Shown piece after piece: positions 8,761 through 18,097 of a stretch of DNA of 64,000 bases. Made by a program: the position numbers and the translations under genes. The notes beneath the pieces were generated by a model. That model had not been told where the DNA came from. It was given only the letters and a program-made list of their open reading frames with translations, and searched no databases. Every line of letters starts with the position of its first letter. The stretch's first letter is position 1. The DNA is taken from IMG/VR virus record IMGVR_UViG_3300036987_000202, positions 7,253 through 71,252 of that record; one strand, 5' to 3'. This stretch comes from a virus (taxonomy: Duplodnaviria > Caudoviricetes).

Positions 8761-10182
8761 CTACTCCGTGACGGTGACAATGGTAACGGTTATCAGCCCG
8801 CCCGTTCCCGATCCCGTCCTGGCGACGTAGTTGCTGCTGATGGGGATGTTCACCGAGGGACTGGTGATTGCAACATCGTAGACCGCCAGGTGCGCCTTCT
8901 TTGCCAGCATGATGATCTCTGACAGGATTACGTCCTGGCCCAGGCCCCGGGTGTTGATGTACTGCTCGATGGCGGAGCGCACCGCCAGGCTGATTTCCGT
9001 GGCATCCGAATTTTCCCCCTGCCGGTAGACGGTAATGCTCATGTTGACCGGAGACACCTGGGGCGCATCGACGTTGGTGAGTATCCCCGCGGCTCGGTAG
9101 CCCGGGTAGTTCACGATATCAAAAGGGTCGCCATCGAGGACCTTTTTAATGAGGTCCTTCATGTCATCGGAGAGCTGGCCGGTGCCGTCATCGGCCACGA
9201 TGGTATTGTAGCCGGGAACCGGATGGCGTTCCCGCACGGTGACTGATTTAATGCCGGTGATCCCGAGGACCGCGGCTTCCTGGCCCTTTTTCGTGGATCC
9301 CGCGAGGCCCTGGACATAGACCTGGAAGCGATACGCACGTTCGGCGTCGGTTTCCTCATTCTGCCCGTTGGCAAAGGCGCTGTCGTTGATGACATACTCG
9401 ATGCCCTGGAGTGCGGTATTGAGTACGCCCTTGCCATGGCGCGTATCGATGGCATGAGCGTTGATGTTTCCGATGATGCCTGGGGATATACACTGTGCTA
9501 ACAGGGGACCCGTGTGCGCTTTCCCGGCGGGAATAGACCCGTTGGCGGCGACCTGGTAGGTGATGTTATCCAGGGTGATGCTGACACCCGCCATGACGGG
9601 CTGTGACGCCAGGGCAGGCCCCAGGAGCAGATCGATGCCAAAGTTGTTCAGGTAATCCCGTTGGCCGACCATTTCCATGGTGGCATAGCGATAGAGCAGA
9701 TTGGACGCGCTACTTCCAAATTGCACCAGGGATGCCTGGTAGGACGCATGAGCGTCTATCGCCGTCACTAGCTCGGCAATCGTAGGATAGGTCGTGAAAT
9801 TAAGGGAAAGATCATCCCCTATCGCTCCCGTGACCGTGATCGTCAGGGTGGTGTCGCTGACCGAGAGCTTGGCGGAGCTTCCCAGGCCCGTGTAGCGTAC
9901 CGTACAGGTGGGGATCCGGTAAAAGCGGAGATGCCCGCTGGAAAAGCTGGCGCCTTTCTTCTTGAAATTGAATCCATCATAGAGCGCAATCGGAATACTG
10001 CGGCGTAGCGCTTCAAGGTAGTCAAAACCCGTCATGGACTCAACGCGGAATACCGCCTCCAGGATGGACCTGGTAGCCGATCCCTCGTTGAAATCGGTCA
10101 GCCCCACCTCGTCGGCTATAATCTTGTTTTTCGCCAGTTCGACGAGCTGTTCCGGCGTGTGGACTTTCAGTATTTCAGCCAT
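8761..10182 (-). CDS. Baseplate J-like wedge protein
   Basis: DFNEGSATRSILEA; G.NEETDAERAYRF...G; YRAAGI motifs. Confidence 0.85.
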   Translation of the reverse strand: MAEILKVHTPEQLVELAKNKIIADEVGLTDFNEGSATRSILEAVFRVESMTGFDYLEALRRSIPIALYDGFNFKKKGASFSSGHLRFYRIPTCTVRYTGLGSSAKLSVSDTTLTITVTGAIGDDLSLNFTTYPTIAELVTAIDAHASYQASLVQFGSSASNLLYRYATMEMVGQRDYLNNFGIDLLLGPALASQPVMAGVSITLDNITYQVAANGSIPAGKAHTGPLLAQCISPGIIGNINAHAIDTRHGKGVLNTALQGIEYVINDSAFANGQNEETDAERAYRFQVYVQGLAGSTKKGQEAAVLGITGIKSVTVRERHPVPGYNTIVADDGTGQLSDDMKDLIKKVLDGDPFDIVNYPGYRAAGILTNVDAPQVSPVNMSITVYRQGENSDATEISLAVRSAIEQYINTRGLGQDVILSEIIMLAKKAHLAVYDVAITSPSVNIPISSNYVARTGSGTGGLITVTIVTVTE

Positions 10183-12082
10183 GTGGCACCTCGATTATGC
10201 TGCCCGATGTGATTTCTCCGATCAGGTCAATGGTAATGGGCACGTCGATGCGATCCCCGCGCAGCTTGAGCTTGTCGCGGGCGAGGACCGCGGAAACCAC
10301 CCGGGGATCGCTGTGCGCCTGGTCCTCCATGTCCTCGATGAGCCGGTCAATGGATATCAGATAGGGAGCCTTGGTGGATCCCGCCAGGCCCTCGATGCCG
10401 TACCCGGGATGGAGCGGATTCAGGCCGCCCTTGGGGGTCGTGATGCGACGGGACACATTCTGCATGACACAGGGGATCCCCGCGGTTCTTTTGATGTCGC
10501 CCCTCCCGTCAACAGAAAGCCTGCCGTTGCTGGTATCAATATCGCTGCCGTAAAGACTGCGTTCGATTGAGGCGGGATCATTGGCGTGCGCCAGGGGTTC
10601 ATACACCAGGTTGTCGTTCCCGCGGGCCAGGAGTGCTGACTGTTGAATCGGGACCTTGATGGTCTGCCCCACGATATCATCAGAAAGAAAATCATCGTCA
10701 TCCAGGCTGTTTGCCGTGGCGATCCTGGTCCACTTGTGGTAATCACCGTAATACTTAATGGCAATCGACATCATGGTGTCGCCCTGCTGGACCGTGTGAT
10801 AGGTATACTGCTCACGCCGGTCGGTCACGGGGGTCCCGTAGCCCTGGTCGGTAAATTCGTCACTATCCAGGACATCGATAAAGGTCCCGCCGGAATCGGA
10901 CTGCGGGATGGAGATGGCCTGTTCGCCGTCTGCCTGGGACATATACATGGCGGCCCGCAGGCTCATCAGCTCAACGTGTAACCGGCGCAGGCCATTGTAG
11001 TAGGCCATGGTGTCCCAGGACGCATACTGGTCGATGGTCACGACGCCGTTTTGAAAATCGCCTGCGACGTTCTTGGGGATTACCAGGACCTCGATGGTCG
11101 AGAGAATGTTTTTAATGACGGTTTCGATTGCGCTATCCAGGGTGCCGATGGCCCTCCTGGTTGAGACAACCCCAGCCTGGATCTTGCTGTTTGCCTGCTG
11201 GAGCTTTGCCCGAAGCTCGGCAAGGTTGGCGTTATACACCGCCAGGGTATCGTTGCGCGGCATATCCAGGGCGTTGATATCGTTCCAGTTTCCGGTCACT
11301 GGCAAGGGGGTGGTGATATCGCGGAATCCCTCGGTGGTCGCCGTTAAAGGAATACTCTCCGAGTGGGATCCCGAGAGCCGTTTCACCGCATCATTGACCC
11401 ACTCTGCCGAGGTGAGCAGGACCTCGGGGGTGCCCAGGATCGCGTCGGCGTTTTTGGTATCCACCTGGTAGGCTTTCAGGGAAATATCATACTTCACGGT
11501 GAAGGGATCGGACTTGTCCCGGGACATCTGCAGGTTCTCGACTTTGACCTTGAAATGGTCGTCATAATCATAGTCGTGGTAGATCATCTCCACGTTATCC
11601 GCCAGGGCACCATCCTTGGATTTGATGTGTTTGCGCACGAAATCCTTGAGGGCCTGGGTCGAGGTCAATCCCGCCGAGGAAAAATCAGGGGCCTTGAGCT
11701 TTCCCCTGGGGGTGAGCGTGTAATCCCGGTGGCGGGACACCATGAATCTGAGCTTTAAAAACTCGCTGTAGCCGTCCACCAGGTCGTTCGCCCCTGCAGG
11801 CGGGCGCATGGCGATGGGGTTACGCTCGGACCCGGCAAAGTAAAAATGTGAGGATCCGCTGATATGAATATCCTTAAACTCGTTGCCGAAATCCACCAGG
11901 TAGCCGCCCCCCAGGGTGGGCATGAGCGCGGAGCGCTGCGGCTCGGACACGCTCACGGACTCCGGCGGGAGCGTGAAAAATATCTCGGTGATAGTCTTTC
12001 CGTTATGGCGAAACTCAAACGAATAGACTCCCGTGGGTACGAAGGTGCCGTAGATTGCCTTGATGATCTGTTGTACGCTCAT
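10175..12082 (-). CDS. Baseplate fusion protein: tube-initiator-like N-domain + LysM + gp25/gpW-like C-domain
   Basis: FTLPPESVSVSEPQR N-terminus; LysM YHTVQQGDTMMSIAIKYYGD; C-terminal NVSRRITTPKGG...HPGYG. Confidence 0.7.
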   Translation of the reverse strand: MSVQQIIKAIYGTFVPTGVYSFEFRHNGKTITEIFFTLPPESVSVSEPQRSALMPTLGGGYLVDFGNEFKDIHISGSSHFYFAGSERNPIAMRPPAGANDLVDGYSEFLKLRFMVSRHRDYTLTPRGKLKAPDFSSAGLTSTQALKDFVRKHIKSKDGALADNVEMIYHDYDYDDHFKVKVENLQMSRDKSDPFTVKYDISLKAYQVDTKNADAILGTPEVLLTSAEWVNDAVKRLSGSHSESIPLTATTEGFRDITTPLPVTGNWNDINALDMPRNDTLAVYNANLAELRAKLQQANSKIQAGVVSTRRAIGTLDSAIETVIKNILSTIEVLVIPKNVAGDFQNGVVTIDQYASWDTMAYYNGLRRLHVELMSLRAAMYMSQADGEQAISIPQSDSGGTFIDVLDSDEFTDQGYGTPVTDRREQYTYHTVQQGDTMMSIAIKYYGDYHKWTRIATANSLDDDDFLSDDIVGQTIKVPIQQSALLARGNDNLVYEPLAHANDPASIERSLYGSDIDTSNGRLSVDGRGDIKRTAGIPCVMQNVSRRITTPKGGLNPLHPGYGIEGLAGSTKAPYLISIDRLIEDMEDQAHSDPRVVSAVLARDKLKLRGDRIDVPITIDLIGEITSGSIIEVPHG

Positions 12083-12597
12083 GCTATCCCCGTGACAACG
12101 CCTGATCCCGCGTAGGTGCCGTGCGATCCCGCGCAGGGTGCCGCGGGCACATACCCGGTGAGCTGCGTATAGATGTCATTTGCAAAATCCGTATAGGCCA
12201 CATCCCGATCCCCAGTGAGGGCAATCGATATCGAGAGCTGTGGGGCATCGGCCATGGCCGCCGGGCTGGTCGTGTACCCGGCCTCGGTGATAGTATAGGT
12301 CCCTGCTCGTATGCCTGCCGTGATCTCATTTCCCAGGCGTGCCAGGGCGGGATCCTTGCTCTCGGCCCCCGAGGGGGTGAGCGTGATTGCCAGGGCGATG
12401 ATCTTTCCCGTCGCCGTGAGCACCTGGGTATCGTAGGGCGACACCGAATTGGTGCCGGTCCACTGGAAGGTCACCGCAGCGTTATCCTTGAGGTAGGTGG
12501 CGATGGCATTACCCAGGACCGTGAGCGCGTCCGCGGCATTGGTCTTGCCTTCAGTTGCCGCCTTCATCGCCTCTTTCAGTCCCGCGACCGTCATCAT
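12079..12597 (-). CDS. Baseplate-region hypothetical protein
   Basis: 172 aa Ala/Thr-rich, between spike and LysM gene. Confidence 0.55.
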   Translation of the reverse strand: MMTVAGLKEAMKAATEGKTNAADALTVLGNAIATYLKDNAAVTFQWTGTNSVSPYDTQVLTATGKIIALAITLTPSGAESKDPALARLGNEITAGIRAGTYTITEAGYTTSPAAMADAPQLSISIALTGDRDVAYTDFANDIYTQLTGYVPAAPCAGSHGTYAGSGVVTGIA

Positions 12598-12606
12598 GGT
12601 AGCTGC

Positions 12607-13392
12607 TTATCCTTTCAGTTGGAGTATGCCTGCGGTCGGCCCGCCGTGGGGGGTGCCGGTAAACAGGCACGCCGCCAGGCAGTTGGGGATCCATTTCGCG
12701 CTGTCGCCGGATGCGGTTTTGAGCTGGATCCCCGTGGTGGCAATCGTGATGGTATTGCCCACTAGGTCCGATATCTCAACGCCGGTGGCCCCACCGGATA
12801 TCTTGATTTTACCCAGGGTGAGCACATCAACCCCCACCCTGGCATTGACGCGGAACGTCGTGGGGCACTCAACCTCGATGGCCCCAGGAAGCGGGAGCGT
12901 GCCCCGCAGGGCGATGAATGATCCCGTGTGATGGCCCAGGATCACATCGGTCGGTCCCACGGCTTTCGAGGTCATGGGCAGGTAATACGCCGCCTCCAGA
13001 ACCGGGTTGTGGCTGGCATTATAGGGGTACTTCTGAACCACCACGGGGTTGTGCGCGTTGCCGTCAACAAACCCGACGAGGACCTGCTGGCCCGGCATGG
13101 GGGCCTCAAAGAGGCCATGGATCCCGCCGGTGGGTGAAGGAACGCCCGTCTCGCTGACCACGACATTCGGTCCCGGCCAGGCGACCGAGGTGAGAATCCC
13201 GCCGCGTATGAGCTGGGCGGATACCTTATGCTGGCGGAAGAACGGCTCCGCCTGGGGAATCAGGACCTCCGCCAGGGAAAGCTGCGTCACCCGGGAGTAC
13301 GGCTGATTCCGGTTGCGCTCAATCGACCGCAGGTTGCTGTCGTTCCCGCGGTTGAAAAACTCCTTACGCCATTGTCCTTCAAAATATTTCAT
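12607..13392 (-). CDS. Central spike protein (gpV/gp5-like)
   Basis: OB-fold-like PMPGQQVLVGFVDG, beta-rich C-terminus ending CLAACLFTGTPH. Confidence 0.7.
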   Translation of the reverse strand: MKYFEGQWRKEFFNRGNDSNLRSIERNRNQPYSRVTQLSLAEVLIPQAEPFFRQHKVSAQLIRGGILTSVAWPGPNVVVSETGVPSPTGGIHGLFEAPMPGQQVLVGFVDGNAHNPVVVQKYPYNASHNPVLEAAYYLPMTSKAVGPTDVILGHHTGSFIALRGTLPLPGAIEVECPTTFRVNARVGVDVLTLGKIKISGGATGVEISDLVGNTITIATTGIQLKTASGDSAKWIPNCLAACLFTGTPHGGPTAGILQLKG

Positions 13393-13395
13393 TGG

Positions 13396-15180
13396 TTACA
13401 CTATGGGCACGATATTGGGCATCGCGCTGAGTACCTCATCCACCAGGTTGAATCCTGGAGGGAATATTTCCCAATCCATGAGGAGCCGCGCCATGGCGCT
13501 GGCGCTCATCGGTAGCGGCACCCCACGAATGAGGCTGAACGTGGTCGTATCAGCTTGGCCGATCTGATAGTTGTCGGTCAGGTTATCTATGTAGTACAGC
13601 CCTATGTCCCGATTATTGTCAACCCTCGACCCCGATACACTTGGCATATACAGCAGGCACATGCCGGGCCGTGCGTAGGGGATCGCCCTGGTGGTGATGG
13701 ACCCCTCGTTGAATTTGCCGCCGTTGCGAAACCATACGTTCAGGAGCGTGCTCAGTGCGGGAATATTGAGCGGCATCCCGGCATAGTTGCTCATGCGCTC
13801 GATGGTTTCATAGAGTGCCCCGCCCCACTTCATCGAGGTGGCCGCGATGTTTGCATGAAGCTCCCGGGCACCATAGGAACGCACGCCGCCTGAAAAGAGC
13901 GGCACCGCGGGACCCCGGGCGACCGAGGGACGGTTTCTGATGCCTCCCGCCCCTCCCCCGCCGGTGGCATTTTTCCCGCCGTACTCGACGTGAAACACGG
14001 TGTACTGCCCGCTGTCATTTTGTCCGAGATCCTTGGAAATCACATCGTCATCGGTGATGATCACGAAATCGCCCGCCAGGATCAAGTCCAGGATCCCCAT
14101 GGTGAACATATAGAGATTCACCCATGGGGTGATGCCGGTCCAGGGGATATCATAGGGCGAGGTGCGGGCCACGATGTAGTTGAACCCCGGGAGCATGGCC
14201 GCCAGGGACAGGCCCGGGACAATCACCGGGCTGATGCCGCTCATCACACTACCAATGGATGCGGCACCTGTCGATGTCGGGACGGATCGCCCGACGCAGA
14301 TGGTCCTGCCGCCTGATTCGGTGAACAGTTCCATGAACGGCTCGGGACAGAGACTCTTGATATAATCCCAAAACGATGATCCACCGGAAAGCTGAAACAT
14401 GGTGGTGTCCGTGACGAGCTGGGACACCAGGGACGTGGTAGAGATCGCCCCCAGGGGCGGCGGAAGCGCAACCATACGGAAGGCCAGCGGCAGACCATCG
14501 GAGAGTCGCATGTATGAGGGAAAGCAGTTGCCGTAGGTCATGGTGGACGCATGGAACGCCGAGGCGAACGAGTTGAGCGTCATCCAGAGCGGGGTCCCGA
14601 TCTGCGTGCTGCCCGCCGTTAAAAAGCGCGACACGTCGTTGAATAAGTTCTGGTATTCTCCATACCAAATGGTATTGAGCGAGGCGAGGTTTTGCGAGTA
14701 AAGGCTCCCCAGCTCGTCGATTTCCACGGAATAGGTGATGCTCCCCACCTGGCTTTTACGCCTGCAGGAACGCACATAGCCGGTCATCACATGGTAGCCA
14801 TCTCGCCAGAGCTGGCACAGCGTCATGGGCTTGAACAGGTCGCGGAGATCAGGCCCCACGGATTTCCAGAGGGCCTCCAGGGGCTTTGAGAGCATGATGC
14901 CGAGGCCCTGGATGGCCCGGTTATCACCCGCCAGGGTCACCTGGACGGCCCCACCCGCATTGGACCGACTCTTGGCCCAGGTGCAGGACTGGATGATGCC
15001 CCCGAGGTCCTGAGACACCAGCTCCAGGGGGATGAAGGGCGTGGCGAACGGGGCCACGACAAGTTTCACTTTGGGACTTTTTTTCTTGATGTTGCTGCGG
15101 TTTCGGTATTCCTGTATCGCCTCGTATCCGGCATTATACAGGATCTTTTTGTCGCCGCTTAATATGCTATCGCGTGCCAT
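13396..15180 (-). CDS. Baseplate hub protein (gp27/gpD-like)
   Basis: 594 aa after the tape measure; IPYARPGMCLLY...YYIDNLT...TTFSLIRG hub-like end. Confidence 0.65.
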   Translation of the reverse strand: MARDSILSGDKKILYNAGYEAIQEYRNRSNIKKKSPKVKLVVAPFATPFIPLELVSQDLGGIIQSCTWAKSRSNAGGAVQVTLAGDNRAIQGLGIMLSKPLEALWKSVGPDLRDLFKPMTLCQLWRDGYHVMTGYVRSCRRKSQVGSITYSVEIDELGSLYSQNLASLNTIWYGEYQNLFNDVSRFLTAGSTQIGTPLWMTLNSFASAFHASTMTYGNCFPSYMRLSDGLPLAFRMVALPPPLGAISTTSLVSQLVTDTTMFQLSGGSSFWDYIKSLCPEPFMELFTESGGRTICVGRSVPTSTGAASIGSVMSGISPVIVPGLSLAAMLPGFNYIVARTSPYDIPWTGITPWVNLYMFTMGILDLILAGDFVIITDDDVISKDLGQNDSGQYTVFHVEYGGKNATGGGGAGGIRNRPSVARGPAVPLFSGGVRSYGARELHANIAATSMKWGGALYETIERMSNYAGMPLNIPALSTLLNVWFRNGGKFNEGSITTRAIPYARPGMCLLYMPSVSGSRVDNNRDIGLYYIDNLTDNYQIGQADTTTFSLIRGVPLPMSASAMARLLMDWEIFPPGFNLVDEVLSAMPNIVPIV

Positions 15181-16760
15181 TATGGGTTACCACCTGTTTG
15201 TCCCGTGAGAAACCTAATAATATCGAGGGCACCCATATTGGATGTATCCATGGTTTGTAAGCGCTGTAATTTTTGCGTGAGGTTATCCACCCCGTTTGCC
15301 ATACTGGTAAAGACCGTATTCAATCCATCAAGACCCCTGGCAACAGGGCCGGAAGCAGAATCGGCTATACGCATCAGCGAAAGCTCAAAACGCTCCACCA
15401 TGCCCGCGGCTTTTTCCGCGGGTCCGCCGGAACGAAGCAGCATTGACGTGTGTCTATTTTCCAGCCCCCTGGCCCTGAAAGCCGCGGAATTACCTGGTGC
15501 TTGGAAGTCTCCCCCGGGTGCCGTCAATGAGGGCGTGTAGCCTTCGACGGATGCACGGGCGCGGTTGAACATCATCTGCTGCTTGATGGGATCGGACTCA
15601 ATTCCCATGACCGAGAGCTGCCGCGAGAAGGTGGACAATCCCTGGTTCCCCAGTGTGCGGTACAGATCCTCACCGTATGCGTTGCGTGCCGCCGCGGGAT
15701 TCTGTGCCATGTAATACCGGGTCAGGTACTCCGTTTCCTCGGGTGCAAGGGTACGGTTGAGCATATCCCCGGTGAGGACTCCGGCCTGCATGAGGGAATT
15801 GCGCACATCACTGTGACCCCTGCCCGATACCGCGGATTCGACAATACCCCGCCCGGCCTCAAACATGCGCCACTGAGATACTCCGCTGTACTGACCGTTG
15901 GCGACCTGATTCTGCAGGCCCATCTGCTGCTGGGAGAGGGCAATCCCGGCCCTTATTGATCCATTGGGGGCCAACCGTGTTGCCAGGCTCACCTCAGTGG
16001 CGATTTCCGTAGCCAGATCAGACGCATTAACGCCGCGGGTGACGGCATCCTCGAGGGACGTGCTGATCCCCTGCATAAGGAGCGGCAGCTCGGTCTGGAT
16101 CCCTCCCCTGCTGGCAGTATTGAGGATCTGGCCGAATTGCCTGGCCCCACCCCGGGGATTGAGTGCCTCCATGAGGCCCACGGTATGACCGACGCCCGAG
16201 GCATCGAGGCCGAAACGCTTGGCGTAGGACTCGGCCATTTCCCAGCCCTGTGTGCCCCCAGGCCCTCCCGCGGAGTAGCTTCCCGACGCCATCCGGCGGG
16301 CCTTGGAAAACTCCGCGGTCTGTGCAACCGAAAAATACGTCGATGAGGTGCCCCCGCGGAAACCGCCGACACCCGCGGTCCCGATCTGTTGGGCCGCGGT
16401 ATTGATATAGGCACGGCCCATGTTGAGGATCTGATGGGTGACAAACGCCGCGACGCCCAGGGCGGCACCCAGGAAAGGTATCGCAGCTCCTACCCCTCCC
16501 AGGGTTTGCGATGATCCTCCACTGGCTCCGCCGCCACTAGGACCACCACGCTTTTCACGCATCGCCCTGGTCAGCTCCCGCAGCTCCCGCACCATGTCCT
16601 TTTCAAGCTGGACACGGACCCGATCCTGATGGGTTCCCGCGGTGCCGCCGGTGGTGGATACCTGGCCCTGGCTGAGTGTCTTTGCCTGCTCAACCTGGCG
16701 CTTGAGGTCCTTCATGCGCGAGGCGTCGGCGCTGACTGATATTTCAAACTTGTTTGCCAT
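15180..16760 (-). CDS. Tape measure protein (short)
   Basis: 526 aa helical Ala/Gly-rich with a hydrophobic patch; follows the chaperone genes. Confidence 0.7.
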   Translation of the reverse strand: MANKFEISVSADASRMKDLKRQVEQAKTLSQGQVSTTGGTAGTHQDRVRVQLEKDMVRELRELTRAMREKRGGPSGGGASGGSSQTLGGVGAAIPFLGAALGVAAFVTHQILNMGRAYINTAAQQIGTAGVGGFRGGTSSTYFSVAQTAEFSKARRMASGSYSAGGPGGTQGWEMAESYAKRFGLDASGVGHTVGLMEALNPRGGARQFGQILNTASRGGIQTELPLLMQGISTSLEDAVTRGVNASDLATEIATEVSLATRLAPNGSIRAGIALSQQQMGLQNQVANGQYSGVSQWRMFEAGRGIVESAVSGRGHSDVRNSLMQAGVLTGDMLNRTLAPEETEYLTRYYMAQNPAAARNAYGEDLYRTLGNQGLSTFSRQLSVMGIESDPIKQQMMFNRARASVEGYTPSLTAPGGDFQAPGNSAAFRARGLENRHTSMLLRSGGPAEKAAGMVERFELSLMRIADSASGPVARGLDGLNTVFTSMANGVDNLTQKLQRLQTMDTSNMGALDIIRFLTGQTGGNP

Positions 16761-17269
16761 TAATCTTTTATCTCGGGCTTATTAAACACCAGTGATGCAC
16801 CGTCTACGGGAATGGGGGATTTCGTAAAGAGCTGATCGGCCATCGCACGATAGCGGTCAAGTGCCTGCTGTTTCACGGCTTCCGTCTCTGATTTTTCCTT
16901 GGCAATCCCAAAGCGTTCATCGAGTTCCTTGAGGGCAGCCGCCCTCTTTGATTCGCCTATTTCCTTTTTATACTCTGCCAGCGACAATCCCTTGAACTGC
17001 GCCGTAAGCTCCAGCACGTCATCCGGTTGCCCCAGGTCTTTGGTGAAGTCGCGGGCTTGAATCTCGTCCCGCTCCTCACCGTACCACAAGGATTTTTGAA
17101 ACGACTCAATGCTGGGAGTGCTGGCAACCAGGTTGATCAGAAAATACTTTTGCTCGTCTACCAGGTTGTCAAACTCGCACCCCGTTGGAAACCGCTGAAA
17201 ATGCCGTAGAAAAAACCCATCAAGCAGGTACTTGCTTTTCCTCGCTTCTTTTATTAAGTTTATTTTTTT
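16760..17269 (-). CDS. Second tail-chaperone frame (lambda T-like), probably reached by frameshift
   Basis: Frame is open for 169 codons from the A9 run (KKINLIKEARKSKYLLDGFFLRHF...), well upstream of the TTG used by the ORF track. Confidence 0.6.
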   Translation of the reverse strand, partial: KKINLIKEARKSKYLLDGFFLRHFQRFPTGCEFDNLVDEQKYFLINLVASTPSIESFQKSLWYGEERDEIQARDFTKDLGQPDDVLELTAQFKGLSLAEYKKEIGESKRAAALKELDERFGIAKEKSETEAVKQQALDRYRAMADQLFTKSPIPVDGASLVFNKPEIKD

Positions 17270-17606
17270 TTAACTTCTCGGCAAACTCGTTTGACCAGGT
17301 GACGATCCCCTCATACAGGCTGTCCAGCACCGACTCGTCGGGGCAGAGGTCCGCGTTTTTCCACCACTCGGGGGATTCGACAACCGCCTGGTCTATCGTG
17401 GCTGCCCGCTCCATGATGTAGCGGTCCTGTGAGCTGTACGAATTGGCGGGAAGGCCATTCTGGTCCATGGCCACCCGCCGGGCGATTGCCTTGCGATCCA
17501 CGGGGAAAAGGGCCTTGATATTGAACATATCCTTGCCCAGCTCGATGATTTTCTGCCGGTCCTCGTCTAGGAACAGCATGTTGCGTACTTCAAATTTTTC
17601 ACCCAT
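17220..17606 (-). CDS. Tail assembly chaperone (lambda G-like)
   Basis: 128 aa between tube and tape measure; A9 run near its 3' end. Confidence 0.7.
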   Translation of the reverse strand: MGEKFEVRNMLFLDEDRQKIIELGKDMFNIKALFPVDRKAIARRVAMDQNGLPANSYSSQDRYIMERAATIDQAVVESPEWWKNADLCPDESVLDSLYEGIVTWSNEFAEKLKKNKLNKRSEEKQVPA

Positions 17607-17626
17607 TACCCATTACCTCCAGTTGT

Positions 17627-18085
17627 TTATGATGTATGTAGCCCCGGCAGGACGCGCATCACCCGCCATTGGGTGCTCTTGGTATTCAGTCCCCGCGAGG
17701 GGAACTGTACGTCCTCACTGCCGAGCTTCACGCCCAAGAGCGTTGCCAGGACCTCAAGGGTGTGCAGGTCGAGCATGGCAAAGTCGAACATGCCTGCCGA
17801 GTTGATATTGCACGACCCATCCGGCTGCCAGCCCGGGGTTGCCAGGGCACCTTCGATGTTGGAACCGCGCAGCAAGAATGTTTCAACCGTGGCGCGGGCG
17901 GTGTAGCCCATGCTCTTGAAATAACGGTCACCATGAAATCCGAGGGTCCTGATGCCTTCCAGTTCGAAATCCTGGTTGTAGTTGACGCTTGCGGCAAAAG
18001 AGACAATCCGGCCATCCTGCACCATGATTGAATCGATACCGGCACCAACGGGTCCCTCGGGGTTAATAGCTCTGCCTTTGAACAT
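17627..18085 (-). CDS. Tail tube protein
   Basis: 152 aa, beta-rich, immediately after the sheath. Confidence 0.75.
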   Translation of the reverse strand: MFKGRAINPEGPVGAGIDSIMVQDGRIVSFAASVNYNQDFELEGIRTLGFHGDRYFKSMGYTARATVETFLLRGSNIEGALATPGWQPDGSCNINSAGMFDFAMLDLHTLEVLATLLGVKLGSEDVQFPSRGLNTKSTQWRVMRVLPGLHTS

Positions 18086-18097
18086 GATACTCCCTCC

